Assembly (NCBI GenBank): GCA_020891255.1
Contig: BQFW01000004.1
Coordinates: 1,736,001 to 1,800,000, forward strand
Direction of reading: 5' to 3'
Source: Entomortierella parvispora E1425
Taxonomy: Eukaryota; Fungi; Mortierellomycota
Length of the DNA: 64,000 nucleotides
The stretch's first letter is position 1. Each line of letters starts with the position of its first letter. The notes under the pieces were generated by a model. The model made no database searches, was not told the origin of the DNA, and worked only from the letters and a program-made list of their open reading frames with translations. Below are positions 1 through 10,941 of the stretch, in pieces. The position numbers and the translations under genes were made by a program.

Positions 1-2
1 GA

Positions 3-1664
3 TGTGAACCATCAGCTAGGCCCCAAGAAAATCATGTCAACTCGTGGGAAGGAAAGTCGGGAACGTTCGCTAAGGCCTTCTTGCCAGACAGGCTGAACAA
101 CGGACGCTTCGCAGTTGACGGCGCTTTAGATTTCCTACAGAGAGCACTGCTGGATAAACTCTCTGGAGGCCTTGTGGATGTTTCAGGGGAGACCACTGCC
201 GCGGGAGGTCGAGCGAGCAACCAGGGGACAATTTGGAGTCTAAGAATTCCTGCCTATCGACTGCGAACATACCAATTGCGCCAAGATCGTGTACCGAGGT
301 TGTCTAGGAAAAAGAGCGGAACACAGGGCATTTTAAGCTCGGACCAAGAACCATCCATGCTGCCAAGGTCTGAAGGGAATTTATCGCGAAATGGTGACGG
401 TCCAAACACACCCATATCTCCAGCTTGGAAGCCGTATGGATTCACCTTGGAGAGACTAACGCATCTGAGACGACTAGAGGTGTGTAATCTGAACGACAAC
501 TTACAAAACTGGAAAACCTTGGAACGAGTTGTAGCTTTTCTAAATCGGAGCAGAGAAGAGGTAGCAAGGGATGAGGATCCACAGAGGCAGCCAAGGATAC
601 AAAACACGATCCGCGAGTTTACAATACAGGTCCAAGGCGACATTAGAGCTGAATACCAACTTCACAAGATCCTGGCGCATCTGAGCAACTTGGAAGTACT
701 AGGGATTTATACTTCAGAGGCCAACACAATTTGCAGGAAGCTTTGGACCCCAGATCTCAGTTGGGGTCAAAACTTGAAATCGCTCAAGATCGGAACTCAA
801 TGCACGCTTTCTTGCTCCGAATCTTTTACGTTCCTGGGATCCTTCAGAAATCTAGTATCTTTAACCATCGTGGTATCTCAGCCGCACGTGTTTCAATGGA
901 TCGTGGACAAGAAGGCCTCTCGACGTCGACGTCTGAACCGACAGCAATCACTCATGCCGATGGTTCCCTTTGATACCATCGCCTCCGCTCAGCCCAAGGG
1001 TCCGCACGATCACAGCAACATTGAGGATTGTTTGCCCAACCTGCGACAGCTCAGCATGAAAAACTGTGAGGGGAATATATTTCTGGGGCCCGCCAATAGT
1101 GCAGCCGAAGCCTTTGGGGATCAGCTCGAGGAACTAGTCCTGCAGATCAGCTACCTGGATCGATTCATCCCGGCCGTTGGGTTCCTCTACCCGTTTCGAA
1201 ATCTGGTGCGCCTGGCCTTAAGAGGGTCGTCTCTTGTCAGGTTTTTTGAGTGCAAGACGTCAAGTTCCCTGGCGGAATGTTGTCCCTCACTGGAAAAGCT
1301 GGCCTTGCAGGTTGACTATTACAACAGGCGTGTAGAATCTGTGCAGCTGAACACAGTGACCGAGACCCTTTTGCTCTTGACCTCGCTTGAGTGTCTTTAT
1401 TTGGAGCAAACGTGGCTGTTTAATGACAGCCAGCTCCTTAAAATCGCTTCAGAGTGTCCTAGACTTCGCAAAATTGGGTGCAGGCTCTTGCCCAGAATGA
1501 CCCTGGAGGGAATTGGTCAAGCCAACGATATCCTGGTGGCCAAGAGACATGGTCAGGTGTTCCCAATGAAGCCTGCAGGTCTATTTCGACTGACTGCTTG
1601 GACACACCTTTACCAAGAAGATCATTGGGCAATGTCTCTATTCGACCCTGACAGAAATGAATGA
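3..1664 (+). CDS. RNI-like leucine-rich-repeat protein, probably F-box/LRR family (5' end lies outside the window)
   Basis: Frame 3 is open from the window start to TGA at 1662-1664. It has LxxLxL-type repeats (LERLTHLRRLEV, LSNLEVLGI, LPNLRQLSM, CPSLEKLAL, CPRLRKIGC). No F-box motif is visible because the N-terminus is truncated. Confidence 0.65.
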   Translation, partial: CEPSARPQENHVNSWEGKSGTFAKAFLPDRLNNGRFAVDGALDFLQRALLDKLSGGLVDVSGETTAAGGRASNQGTIWSLRIPAYRLRTYQLRQDRVPRLSRKKSGTQGILSSDQEPSMLPRSEGNLSRNGDGPNTPISPAWKPYGFTLERLTHLRRLEVCNLNDNLQNWKTLERVVAFLNRSREEVARDEDPQRQPRIQNTIREFTIQVQGDIRAEYQLHKILAHLSNLEVLGIYTSEANTICRKLWTPDLSWGQNLKSLKIGTQCTLSCSESFTFLGSFRNLVSLTIVVSQPHVFQWIVDKKASRRRRLNRQQSLMPMVPFDTIASAQPKGPHDHSNIEDCLPNLRQLSMKNCEGNIFLGPANSAAEAFGDQLEELVLQISYLDRFIPAVGFLYPFRNLVRLALRGSSLVRFFECKTSSSLAECCPSLEKLALQVDYYNRRVESVQLNTVTETLLLLTSLECLYLEQTWLFNDSQLLKIASECPRLRKIGCRLLPRMTLEGIGQANDILVAKRHGQVFPMKPAGLFRLTAWTHLYQEDHWAMSLFDPDRNE

Positions 1665-2630
1665 ATTGGCCAAGAACAAAGCGGCCTAATAAAAAAGATC
1701 AGGTATGGGCCACGAGGATACGAAAAGTGAGGCTCTTTGAGGGGGAGTGAGGGAAAGGAGCGCTAGGCCAAGATCTACTGCTGATCAGATTCGTCCTTGG
1801 GGCTAAACAATCGGGGCTTATTCTGCACAGGTCAAGTATCTAGGACACGTACACAAATGTTGATATAGTTGAGGATCAAGAATCCTTAGAGTGCAAAGCC
1901 ACCCGGCACAAGCAGCGCACTAGACCCTTGTGGTAGTCTAAACCCTCTCCAAAGAGGGACGCGTGGAGGATACCTTTTCTACGAGTTCCTAGGTGGCATC
2001 ACGTCAGCTGAAAATGTGCTCAGAGTCGAAAATCCTGCAAGAAAGTGTGCTGCAAGGAGGCAGGGGGACAAGGGCGGGAGAAGAGATCTTTGATTTTTCT
2101 ACTTTTTTTTTTTTCTTCTTTTTTCTTCCTAGATTCTTCACAATCAGGAGAGGGGGTGAGAGGGATAGAGGTTACATGAAAAAGAAGAAAACGAAAAAAA
2201 AAAAAAAAGGGCAGCAACCATCATGCAAAGCCCCTACCTATCTGTGCTCTTTGAAGATCTATCTCTTCTGCCATACCGAGCAATGCTCAGATTTAACCAT
2301 CGCTGTCATCCCTGTTATCAGCAGCAGGTATCCACATGTATGCGATGCAACCTATCTTTTTCAGGTGGGGACGAGATGCATCAGCTGAATGCTGTTACTA
2401 CCTGCGAAGCTGCGATGCAGCCCCCCTTCCCTACCATGCAGGCTTAGACAGTGCACCAAAGAACCCAGGGTCTGGTGAAGGTCCAAGGAAACCAGGGCCT
2501 GGGGGGCATCTTGGGGCTGCACCCTGAATCGTTGCGCCAAAGCGGACCACAAAAAGTGAGATGCTTACCAAAAACAAAAAAAAAAGGGAAGGGAAGGGGA
2601 AGGCCTCAAGGAAGGAAAGAAAAAAGGAGG

Positions 2631-2638
2631 TATATAAA
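2631..2638 (+). promoter_or_regulatory. TATA box upstream of the LDH gene
   Basis: TATATAAA about 150 nt upstream of ATG 2780, followed by a pyrimidine-rich leader. Confidence 0.55.
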
Positions 2639-2779
2639 TCAAGTCCTACATGGTTGTTCCCACTCTTTTTTTTCTGTATCCGCTCTTCAACCATTGCTCA
2701 TCACCGCGCTCTTCCTAGCCTTTTACCAACCAGGACTTCCACCACCTCTCTCCCGAGTCGACAAAAAGAAATCAAGACA

Positions 2780-3934
2780 ATGAACAATATGCGTCCCTCC
2801 GCTTTTAACTCGCCCAAGGTTGCCATCATTGGTACTGGTCTCGTTGGCACCTCTGTCGCCTTTGCCTGTTTGATGCGGTCTGTCGCCTCTGACTTTATCC
2901 TCTACGATATCGACGAGAGCTTTGCTGAGGGTCAAACACTCGACCTTGAGGATTCTGCCTTTTTCTCCTCGGCCAAGATCGTTACCGCTGTCTCGGACCC
3001 TTATTCGAATGCTGACGGTCCCGGAGTACCCAATCGCGCATCGGCTCTCAAGGTTCCCATCTCGGCCGTGGGTCAGGCCGATATCATCGTGATGACTGCA
3101 GGTTACCGTCAAGCCCCCGGTGAGAGCCGCGACAAGCTTTTGGAACGCAACGAGAACGTCCTCAAGGATGTGCTTTCCAAGATCCAGCCCATCAAGCAAT
3201 CTGCCATCTTGATCATGGTCACAAACCCAGTCAACATCATGACATTTATGGCCCAAAAACTCTCAGGCCTCCCTGCTAACCAGGTGTTTGGCTCTGGCAC
3301 AACCCTGGACACGGCCCGTTTCCGCGGAGCCATCCAAAAGGCCCTGGTTCGCAAAAACTATAGCCATAGCAGTGCCAGCAGCTGCAGCAGTGACGATGGT
3401 GCTTACGAAAGTGATGAGGAAGACTCGATTGGAGCCGTGGATGAAAACTGCATCAACGCTTTTATCGTCGGTGACCATGGCGACAAGCAGGTGGCCGTTT
3501 GGTCCTCAGCTACAATCGCAGGCCAAGCATTGACTGAATTCCCAGAACTCGAGTCGAAGGTGACACAAAGCAACATTGCCCACCAGACAGCCCACCGTAT
3601 CTACGAGATTGTCGACCGCAAGATTGCCTCTGGCTTTGGTATTGGTGCTATCGTCTCTGAGCTGATATCTGCCATTATCTTTGACAAGAAAATTGTTGCC
3701 CCCTTGTCCGTATATTCGGAGAGGTATGATGCCTGTCTCGCCTTGCCAACTGTCCTGGGCGCCCGAGGCATCGGTCGCACGATACACCCAAAGTTGAGCG
3801 ATCAGGAGGAGCTCGCCATGCAGGAGTATGTCAGGGCCAACCAGGAGGCCTGCAAGCATTACCGAAAATCCAACATGATGAAGCGGCCTGCAGAAACCCA
3901 ACTTGTCAAGGAACAATTGGCCAGAGAGCAGTAA
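2780..3934 (+). CDS. ldh: NAD-dependent L-lactate dehydrogenase (LDH/MDH superfamily, LDH type), intronless
   Basis: Rossmann motif VAIIGTGLVG; active-site loop TAGYRQAPGESR (Gln specificity residue, Arg109 equivalent); TNPVN; GSGTTLDTAR (Asp168/Arg171); catalytic His in GDHGD. ATG 2780 is preferred over the ORF-track TTG/ATG at 2561. Confidence 0.9.
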   Translation: MNNMRPSAFNSPKVAIIGTGLVGTSVAFACLMRSVASDFILYDIDESFAEGQTLDLEDSAFFSSAKIVTAVSDPYSNADGPGVPNRASALKVPISAVGQADIIVMTAGYRQAPGESRDKLLERNENVLKDVLSKIQPIKQSAILIMVTNPVNIMTFMAQKLSGLPANQVFGSGTTLDTARFRGAIQKALVRKNYSHSSASSCSSDDGAYESDEEDSIGAVDENCINAFIVGDHGDKQVAVWSSATIAGQALTEFPELESKVTQSNIAHQTAHRIYEIVDRKIASGFGIGAIVSELISAIIFDKKIVAPLSVYSERYDACLALPTVLGARGIGRTIHPKLSDQEELAMQEYVRANQEACKHYRKSNMMKRPAETQLVKEQLAREQ

Positions 3935-4348
3935 CGTTCTTTCATGGAGTGGGTTTGTCTTTTTTTTGTCTTTTGGTTTTGTTTTTCCATAAAAAACCAC
4001 ACACGTCGAATATGTCTCGAGTCGTCGTTATACCATAGTCATTCATGCATCTTCCAGTTGTGAGGAAGTGAGTACCTTGTTACAATAAATCCAACTTTGA
4101 TCATCATATACCAAAAGTTTATCATATCCACTGAATTTCCATGGCAAAACGAAGACAACAAGGTTCATCCGTTGAGAAAAAAAATTACCCAATGGTCTCG
4201 ACTGCAGTAATGGTTGCCCGAGTCCAAATCGCGCATTTATTTTGAAGCGCCTCATCGCCCCTTGTATTTGACAGGGCAGTCTATCGAGGCATTGAGATCG
4301 ATCGAGAGGTGATCAAAAGCCACCCATTTTCTCCTTTAGTCTGTCTTT

Positions 4349-5373
4349 TTAATCCTCGTCGCTTGCAACGCCATCCGAATCATCATCATCGTCAGCGGGA
4401 ATGTCTCTTGCATCCTACATTGAAATGTTGAAAAGATAACGTAATTCAGCAAGTGTGTAGCATACATGTTGTTGTTCTTCATGCCTTGTCTGTGTTCAAC
4501 TCCTTGAACAGCCTCCCCAAAAATAAATTGACGGGTTATTAATATCGCACAAAGCACCCTTGTCATACATAGTTGGATCCAATGCGAACAGTCTCTAGAT
4601 ACTCCTTGACTTCGCCATGGGTATCACTTGGAGCTTTGTCGGCAGGTGTCTGCTTTTGCTTGTTCAGAGCTAAGTAATCCGAAAAACAATCGGGGTAGGA
4701 AACAAAAGTCGAGTCTGTTATTATCCCTCGTTCTCCTGTGGACACTTCTTACAAAATTGACTTACCAGTGGTTGAGGCTCCTGCCTCCACAAGAAGCCGG
4801 GTCATGGTCAAAGCAGTCTCAGGGTCCTCATATGCAACAGCTTTGTGGAGAGGGGTCTCCCACTCCAGACGGTTCTTGATGTTGATGTCAATGCCATCAA
4901 AATACAACAAGATCTCTAAGCAATCGGTCGAAGCGTATTTTGCACTATAAAAAAAAACAGAGAGTGCGTGTGGAGTGTACGTCAGTAGGAGAGAATACGC
5001 CCAGTTTTCTGTCTGTCTTTTCTTCCCATCCAGTCCCATCCATCCCCTTGTTTGTTTTGTCCTGTTGTTTCCCGACACGACACGCAAAGAAAATCGACTG
5101 ATGTGACGTTATTTTCTTTCGCCTATATCCTGTCTTACGCGTAGTGGAGAGCAGAGTTGCCAAGACCATCGGTATGGTTGATGCTGAATGAGTCGGGTTC
5201 AGAAGAAAGAACCTCATCGAGAAGCCCGAGATTGTCTTCTCTGCATGCTGCCAGCAGGAGTTCGTCTAAGTCATGGGAATGAAGTCAGAGTCGAGTAACA
5301 GAGCAACAAGTACTTGAGCATCCAGGCACATGGTTGCTTCCTTACTGTTGCTTGCGCCTTCATCGTCTGACAT
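4349..5373 (-). CDS. Small ankyrin-repeat protein with acidic tail (YCR051W-like), 5 exons
   Basis: Manual splice: 5373-5346, 5265-5139, 4944-4766, 4669-4569, 4414-4349, all GT-AG. Translation MSDDEGASNNELLLAACREDN...GNSALHYAAKYASTDCLEILL...ETPLHKAV...ADDDDDSDGVASDED* contains two ankyrin SALH/TPLH motifs. Confidence 0.85.
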
Positions 5374-5630
5374 GTTGTGAAATTGAGTCTGTGAGAAAGA
5401 AAGACGAGAGTGGGAAAAGAGGAAAGAGCCAAGGGGAAAGCGGGGAAATGGAGAAGAGGGATGGAGAAGAGAAGCAAAAAAGGATGCCTGCTGTTCTTCG
5501 AACAGAAAGAGTAAATCTATGAAATAAAAATACCTCGGGTAAATATTTTATTTGGTATAATTAAATGCATCTTCTCTTGGACACCTTTGGGCGACACCGC
5601 AGGAACGTCCAGGATGATATAAACGGTTCT

Positions 5631-7491
5631 CTATGCAACCGTCGTTGAGGCAGTAGATGTGCGCTGAGCGCGAAGTGCACGCCAATTGAAATAAGCCCAG
5701 GATGTGATGCAGATGGCGCCTACGGTCATCGTCGATCCAGCAGTCAGCGTCACGGGCAGGTAGGAGATAGCCGGTCGCGTCACATCCAGGAGAAATCCTG
5801 CCAGCGGTGCACCACCAAGCATGCCCAACCCTCCAAAGAAATAAACAAACCCAATCGTCGACGCCATTTGCTTCGTTCCAAAAGATTTTGCAACGGCCAC
5901 AGGGACCAGAGACACATACCCTCCAGCAAAGAAGCCAAACATCAGCGCCATCGTCAGCAGAGATCCAAAAGACTTTGCGATCGTCCAGAGGACCATGACG
6001 GAGAATGCAGTTGCCCAAGAGCAAAAGAGCAACATTTTCGAGTTGGAGATATAGTCGGCAATCAATCCAAGGGTAATGCGACCAGCAAACGAGGCTCCGT
6101 TGGACAAACCAAGAATCAGCGCACCGTTCTCCGCAGAGACTCCGATGAAGACTGCGTAGGCTGATACACGAGAAGATGGGGAAAGTGTTAAAGCATGATA
6201 AAGCCACGGTGCATTTTTACGGGAATCCAATCTAGTGGATTGCTTACTTTGCATGTAGTAGAGTGGAATCAGGACACCAATGGAGGCAGCCAACTCTGCC
6301 AGAGACAGGGACATGAATCGGGGGTCTTTGAACACCTGGAGTGCATCCAAAAACGAGGGTTCGTGCTGGTCTTTGGCACGGCGTGCTGCATCAGGATCAT
6401 GGTCATCACTCACAGCCTTGTCATTTTCAGGGTCATCTTGCTGAAGAGCATTGAAGGACCCTTGGGCCTCAAAGTGCTCCTTCCGCTCTACAATCAACAA
6501 GCTGGCGACTCCACTACATGCAAAGAGGGCAGGTTAGATTTGGACGAAATGGTACCTGAAAAGATCGGAGGAAGGGGAATCCTTCTACGTCACTCGTTAC
6601 ATCATCACCAAGTTCCTGAAACGCACCATAGCACCAAACAGAGAAGAGCCAGGATACGGAGGGTCCAAAAGATATCGTATCGGTCGATCAGTGTATGAGT
6701 GGCCGGCGCCAGGACCAGTCCACCTACTCCTACACCCGAGACTGCCAAACCGGTCGCCAGACCTCGCTGTTTCGAAAAGTAGTGCGATGGGGCGGCAATG
6801 GCGGGGTAATAGGCTAACGAGGCACCAATCCCGAACATGATGCCCTGCGTGAGGTAGAGAACCCAGAGCTAAAAAGATATTCATGAAACGATGGAAATGA
6901 CATTGCAAAAAAAAAAAAAAAAAAAAAAAACTCAGGACTCCTTGATGTAATGAGAGAATGTCTCCTGCTTTTTCTAGGTTCAAGCAAGGGCGTTCTTACC
7001 TGTCTGGCGAATGAAGCCAAAACGAGCGATAGCGTCATGATGAGGGTGCCACAAATTGCAGTCTTTCGAAAACCGACTCGATCTGCAACAACACCTGCCA
7101 GAAAGCCGGCGATGTAAGTTGTAGCGCTGCCCGTGGTACCGATGAAGGCAATGGATGAAGCAGAGGCGGTGGGGTAGATGGTTTGGTAATGCAACTCAAA
7201 GATGCCAAAGATGTACTCTGTGGGTGCAAACGCAAAGGAGTGGATGAGGAACGATCCCAAAACCACAAGCCAGGCTTGAGGGCCACCGTCGCGGACAACT
7301 GAAAGCGATGGTGTGGCTGGCTTCTGATCATTGGCCTCTTCAGGGGTGGCAATGGTAATAGGAGCCGATGTTGCCATTGCAGAGATGGAGGATGCCCCTG
7401 CCTGTGGAATTGATACCATCTCGACCATGGTTTTGGTTGTAATTGCTGTGTCCCGCCGTTCAAGTGTTGGCTTTTCGGTGGTAGTAGCCAT
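5631..7491 (-). CDS. MFS transporter, monocarboxylate-porter (MCT/Mch-like) family, multi-exon
   Basis: DGGPQAWLVVLGSF (family signature DGG..AW), GFLAGVVADRVGFR, YFSKQRGLATGLAVSGVGVGG and GRITLGLIADY; about 12 hydrophobic segments across ORF pieces 6814-7491, 6605-6838 and 5631-6500. Confidence 0.9.
6907..6930. repeat. Poly(A) tract (24 nt) inside an intron of the MCT gene (poly-T on the sense strand)
   Basis: Direct read of the sequence. Confidence 0.9.
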
Positions 7492-7714
7492 TGTATAGGG
7501 TAGATATCAAAGAAATGAGACGTAGCAGATAGGTGCAGGAGGGGATGAGGTGCGAGTGAATGGATGAGGTGTAGATGGATGGGCAGCACCAGCAAGAGGA
7601 AAACTCGAGTACAAATCAAAGCCGTTGGATCTGAGTCAAGGAAGGATGTCGAAGATTGAATTCCTTTTTGCAATTGTGCAAAGAAAAAAGAAGGGTACGG
7701 AGAAGAGGGTGTTG

Positions 7715-7722
7715 TTTAAATA
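7715..7722 (-). promoter_or_regulatory. TATA-like element (TATTTAAA) upstream of the MCT gene
   Basis: TTTAAATA on the + strand, about 225 nt upstream of ATG 7491. Confidence 0.4.
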
Positions 7723-9171
7723 GGAATCAGATCTGCGTTGTGATCGCCCTCCAATGCTCCGGTGCGAAGGCAATTCGGCCTTTCTGGCCCTTAAGGTTGA
7801 TGACTCGAGTTGAATATGTCCGCGGTCTGGGATAAGGATTCAAGGGCACAACCCTATCTTCTAAACAGTGATTAGGGTTCTCAATTGTCCAACTAACAAC
7901 CCACGCCTCGATGCGACTAGGGCTCGGAAGAGTGGACAGGGAACGAGGGAGGTACACACCCGGACAGAGATGGAACAGCCACGATCCCCACCGTTAAAGG
8001 CAAGCAAGATGAGCAGTTGAGCAGTGAACCCCTTCAAGGTTCCGTTTCTTCCGCATGATGCACAAGATTCGTCCAGCGAATAGGGGAAAAGAACCAAGGA
8101 TTCACTCCAGACCGCCCTTTCCTTGGCCAGAAAAGGGAGTTTCCAAAAAAAATCCCACGCGTTGTCAACAATTCAAAACCACCCATGTATCGACCTTGTT
8201 GTAAACTGCGCCTCGTTGCCTATCATCCAAACTTGCCCAAGAAAACATAGCTTGTTTGCCTTTGCGATGATGGACTTCTGTGACGGATTTATTATACCAA
8301 TTGTGCCACCTCCAACGCGACATTTTTCATTTTTTGTCCCCACATCCATTGCAGCTTCCACCGTAAAGAAATAATTCTCTCCTGTTTCAAGTACCACCAG
8401 CCGATCGAATCAACCCTCCCAAATAGTAATCCATCATCTTAGAATCTCTACCCCCTCACGTCTGGTGATAGGAAGGATATCGTTATCACACTAGGATCTT
8501 GAGCTGGAAATGCTTTATTCAACCCAGCCGCTTTACCGCATCGGTGTAAATATGGGCAAACAATAATTGGTAATTGACGGCCCCATGCACGCACAAATGT
8601 TTGGTAGAGTTTGGGGGGGAGAGTGGACTGTAGGAACGATTTGACATCGAAGACGAAGAAACCAACACCACTGTGGTGCAGCATCTTTGTTCGAGGGAAG
8701 GGCTGCATCGCATCTGACAGAGAAAGGTGGAGACGCAAATGGTCGCGTTTTCAGTTCAAACAAGCTACTTATTTGTATTACAACAGCACAGCGGAAAGAG
8801 ATAATGGCCTTACTGTCCATCGTCCCAATCGTTTGATATTTGCAGTCATATTCGGAGTTAACAATCGCAAGCAACTCCAGAGGCGATGATTATCTTGCCA
8901 TACTTGAATTGCAACTTCCAAATCCTTTGAGTGTAAGTGAGTAGTGACTACTGGGTTGCTCATAAAGTCAGTGCTACGTTTAAGATACTGGATCAATAGA
9001 GCAATAGAGGAAATCCCGACCTCTAAGATGGCCATAGAGTATCCATTGGTGTGATATTCATAATTAGTTTCTGCCAGTCTCCTTGCTAATGTCTCCTTTT
9101 CAACAGTCTTCCCCAACTCAATAACTCCACTGGTCGATCTTTTTTACCCATTTCCGTCAAGACTCACCACC

Positions 9172-9197
9172 AAAAAAAAAAAAAAAAAAAAAAAAAA
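9172..9197. repeat. Poly(A) tract (26 nt), intergenic
   Basis: Direct read of the sequence. Confidence 0.9.
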
Positions 9198-9860
9198 ATG
9201 CTTTTGATCACAGGCAGGACGCGAATCAGAGAGAGAGAGACTAACCCAGGAGAACAGAGGAGTAAAAAGACCGTTTTTGCCGAGAATGCAAGTACCTCGC
9301 AAGTCAAGAGACGCAGGATCTTGGTGAAAACAGACAGTGGTGTTTTTTTCTTTTCTTCTAAAAAAAGCCCTAAAAGTTGAGCCGTTGCGCGACCTGTCGC
9401 TTCGGAAATCCAACATTGTGCTGCAGGTTAGGGCTCGGCTGGGATGAGAAAGCTGAATGTTTGGGAACTTTCCTCATGTTGGCGGGTCTCAAAGCGACCA
9501 GCGATAGTGTGGGGTCCTTCGTTCCACGAAGTTCCTCTGTTCCACAAACAAGGGACAACGGCACGAAAAAAGAACCTAGCAAGCTCCTGAAAATAGAACC
9601 AGTGTTTTTTTTCTTACGTTTGTATTCGCACCATCTGACGCGCTCTGATAACTGGCCCAAAAAAAGAAACAAAAGTTCAGGCGACGGCCAAATTGCTACT
9701 GGCGCGCTGGGTCAGGGTGGTTTCCCAGGCAAGGCGTCCAAATAGCGGAAGGTGATGGAAATAGTTCAGCGGAGCAGTCGCGGGCGTAAGAATGAACACA
9801 TGCTGTCTCTTTTCTTCGGCTCCAGCCTCTTTGCGCAGAGCAGGCGGTATCCGAGAAACG

Positions 9861-9866
9861 TATAAA
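9861..9866 (+). promoter_or_regulatory. TATA box of the small secreted Cys-rich protein gene
   Basis: TATAAA about 100 nt upstream of ATG 9960. Confidence 0.5.
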
Positions 9867-9959
9867 GGCTTCATGTTTCCCCCAGGTATTTTTGTCTTCT
9901 CAATTCACCTCAACCACCGACATCAACATCTCCCACCACACACCAAAGAGTTCTTCACC

Positions 9960-10268
9960 ATGCGTCTCTCCGTTGCCTCCATCGCGTTGATCGTAGTCTC
10001 CGCTGTCGGTGTTGTCTCCGCCGCAGACAAGCAAGTTCCATTCGGCATCTGCTCCTGTTTCAGGCCTGATTTTGACGCCTCGTGCTGCATTCCTGGCAAG
10101 GGCTACATGCAAAAGGATGGTAACGTCTGCGCCACTGTTGATGCCAAGGACTCAATCAAGAATTACCAGGCTTGCTGCAAACGCTCTGGTGGCACATCCA
10201 AGTGCAAGACCGGCTACCGCGATCCCAGCCACTGGCCCCCAGCGGACTCGTATGGCTGCAAAGCTTGA
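9960..10268 (+). CDS. Small secreted cysteine-rich protein (102 aa, 9 Cys), intronless
   Basis: Signal peptide MRLSVASIALIVVSAVGVVSA; mature part CSC-x9-CC-x13-C-x14-CC-x8-C-x16-C; strong C-ending codon bias; CACC-ATG context; TATA box upstream. Confidence 0.85.
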   Translation: MRLSVASIALIVVSAVGVVSAADKQVPFGICSCFRPDFDASCCIPGKGYMQKDGNVCATVDAKDSIKNYQACCKRSGGTSKCKTGYRDPSHWPPADSYGCKA

Positions 10269-10903
10269 AGCGGTTCAGCTTCAGGCAAACAAGTTCTGGT
10301 TACAGCAAATGGCCCTCTATCCCTCATCCTTTCTCTAGCTCTCGTCAACATCAATGACGAGCAGCAGAAGTAATAATAAATCTGTCATTTTGCCCCCAGG
10401 CTTACTACAACTCAAATCACCGTTTCACGAAGATAGACTGTAGTTGTCCTAGTTTTTTTTTTTTTTTCCTTCACGCTAATCTGCCCTCTGCCTGGTCCTA
10501 GTCGCGTGAATGTAAAGTCAACTCTTGCAGCTGCAAGTTCCCTGTGAGCGTTATAATGCGGAGAGACAAAGTTGTTCCACTTTGCATACATAGATCGTGC
10601 GAGCCCAATATGTCCACCAGACTCAAGAAGGCGGGACCTGAAAGCATCTTCGCGCATGAAACAGACAAGCTGGTCCTCGTCCAGATCGGGCAAAATGGTG
10701 CAGCAGGACTGTCGTCAGCCGCTTTGGTTGTGGAGATGGTTTGGAAAGAACACACTGCAAAAGAACAAGTGCTCATCTTGTTTGCACATGGCCACAGGCT
10801 TGCGATCTGATTTGCTCCGATGAAGAAACGGGTATATTTTTAACTCGTGCGACCACGAACAAGAAAAAACGCGGCGATCAAGAGTAACGAGTGCTGACTT
10901 TGT

Positions 10904-10941
10904 CGTTGTTGCTGCTGCTGTTGCTGTTGCGGTTGCTGTTT
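10904..10941. repeat. Imperfect (GTT/GCT)n trinucleotide microsatellite, intergenic
   Basis: gttgttgctgctgctgttgctgttgcggttgctgtt. Confidence 0.7.

Noticed and set aside
1826-1862. QVKYLGHV, resembling the Ty3/Gypsy reverse-transcriptase YLGH motif
   Set aside because: Stops follow within 4 codons, there is no upstream YxDD or KC.F context, and no LTR is visible. Probably chance.
2561-2779. 73-aa N-terminal extension of the LDH ORF in the ORF track
   Set aside because: It spans A-runs, the TATA box and the CT-rich leader, so it is promoter/UTR rather than coding.
3932-4070. Stop-codon read-through of LDH to a peroxisomal signal, as in mammalian LDHB
   Set aside because: The stop is TAA-CGT rather than TGA-CTA, and the extension does not end in a PTS1.
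8448-9143. Protein-like minus-strand ORF fragments (96-120 aa) in the long MCT/secreted-protein spacer
   Set aside because: No recognisable motif, start context or splice structure. It may be a decayed gene, but this cannot be supported without a homology search.
9960-10268. Hydrophobin call for the small Cys-rich protein
   Set aside because: The cysteine pattern (CxC-CC-C-CC-C-C, nine Cys) and hydrophilic composition do not fit the 8-Cys hydrophobin pattern.
10412-10823. Overlapping 83-93-aa ORFs on both strands downstream of the Cys-rich gene
   Set aside because: No family signature and no consistent exon structure.
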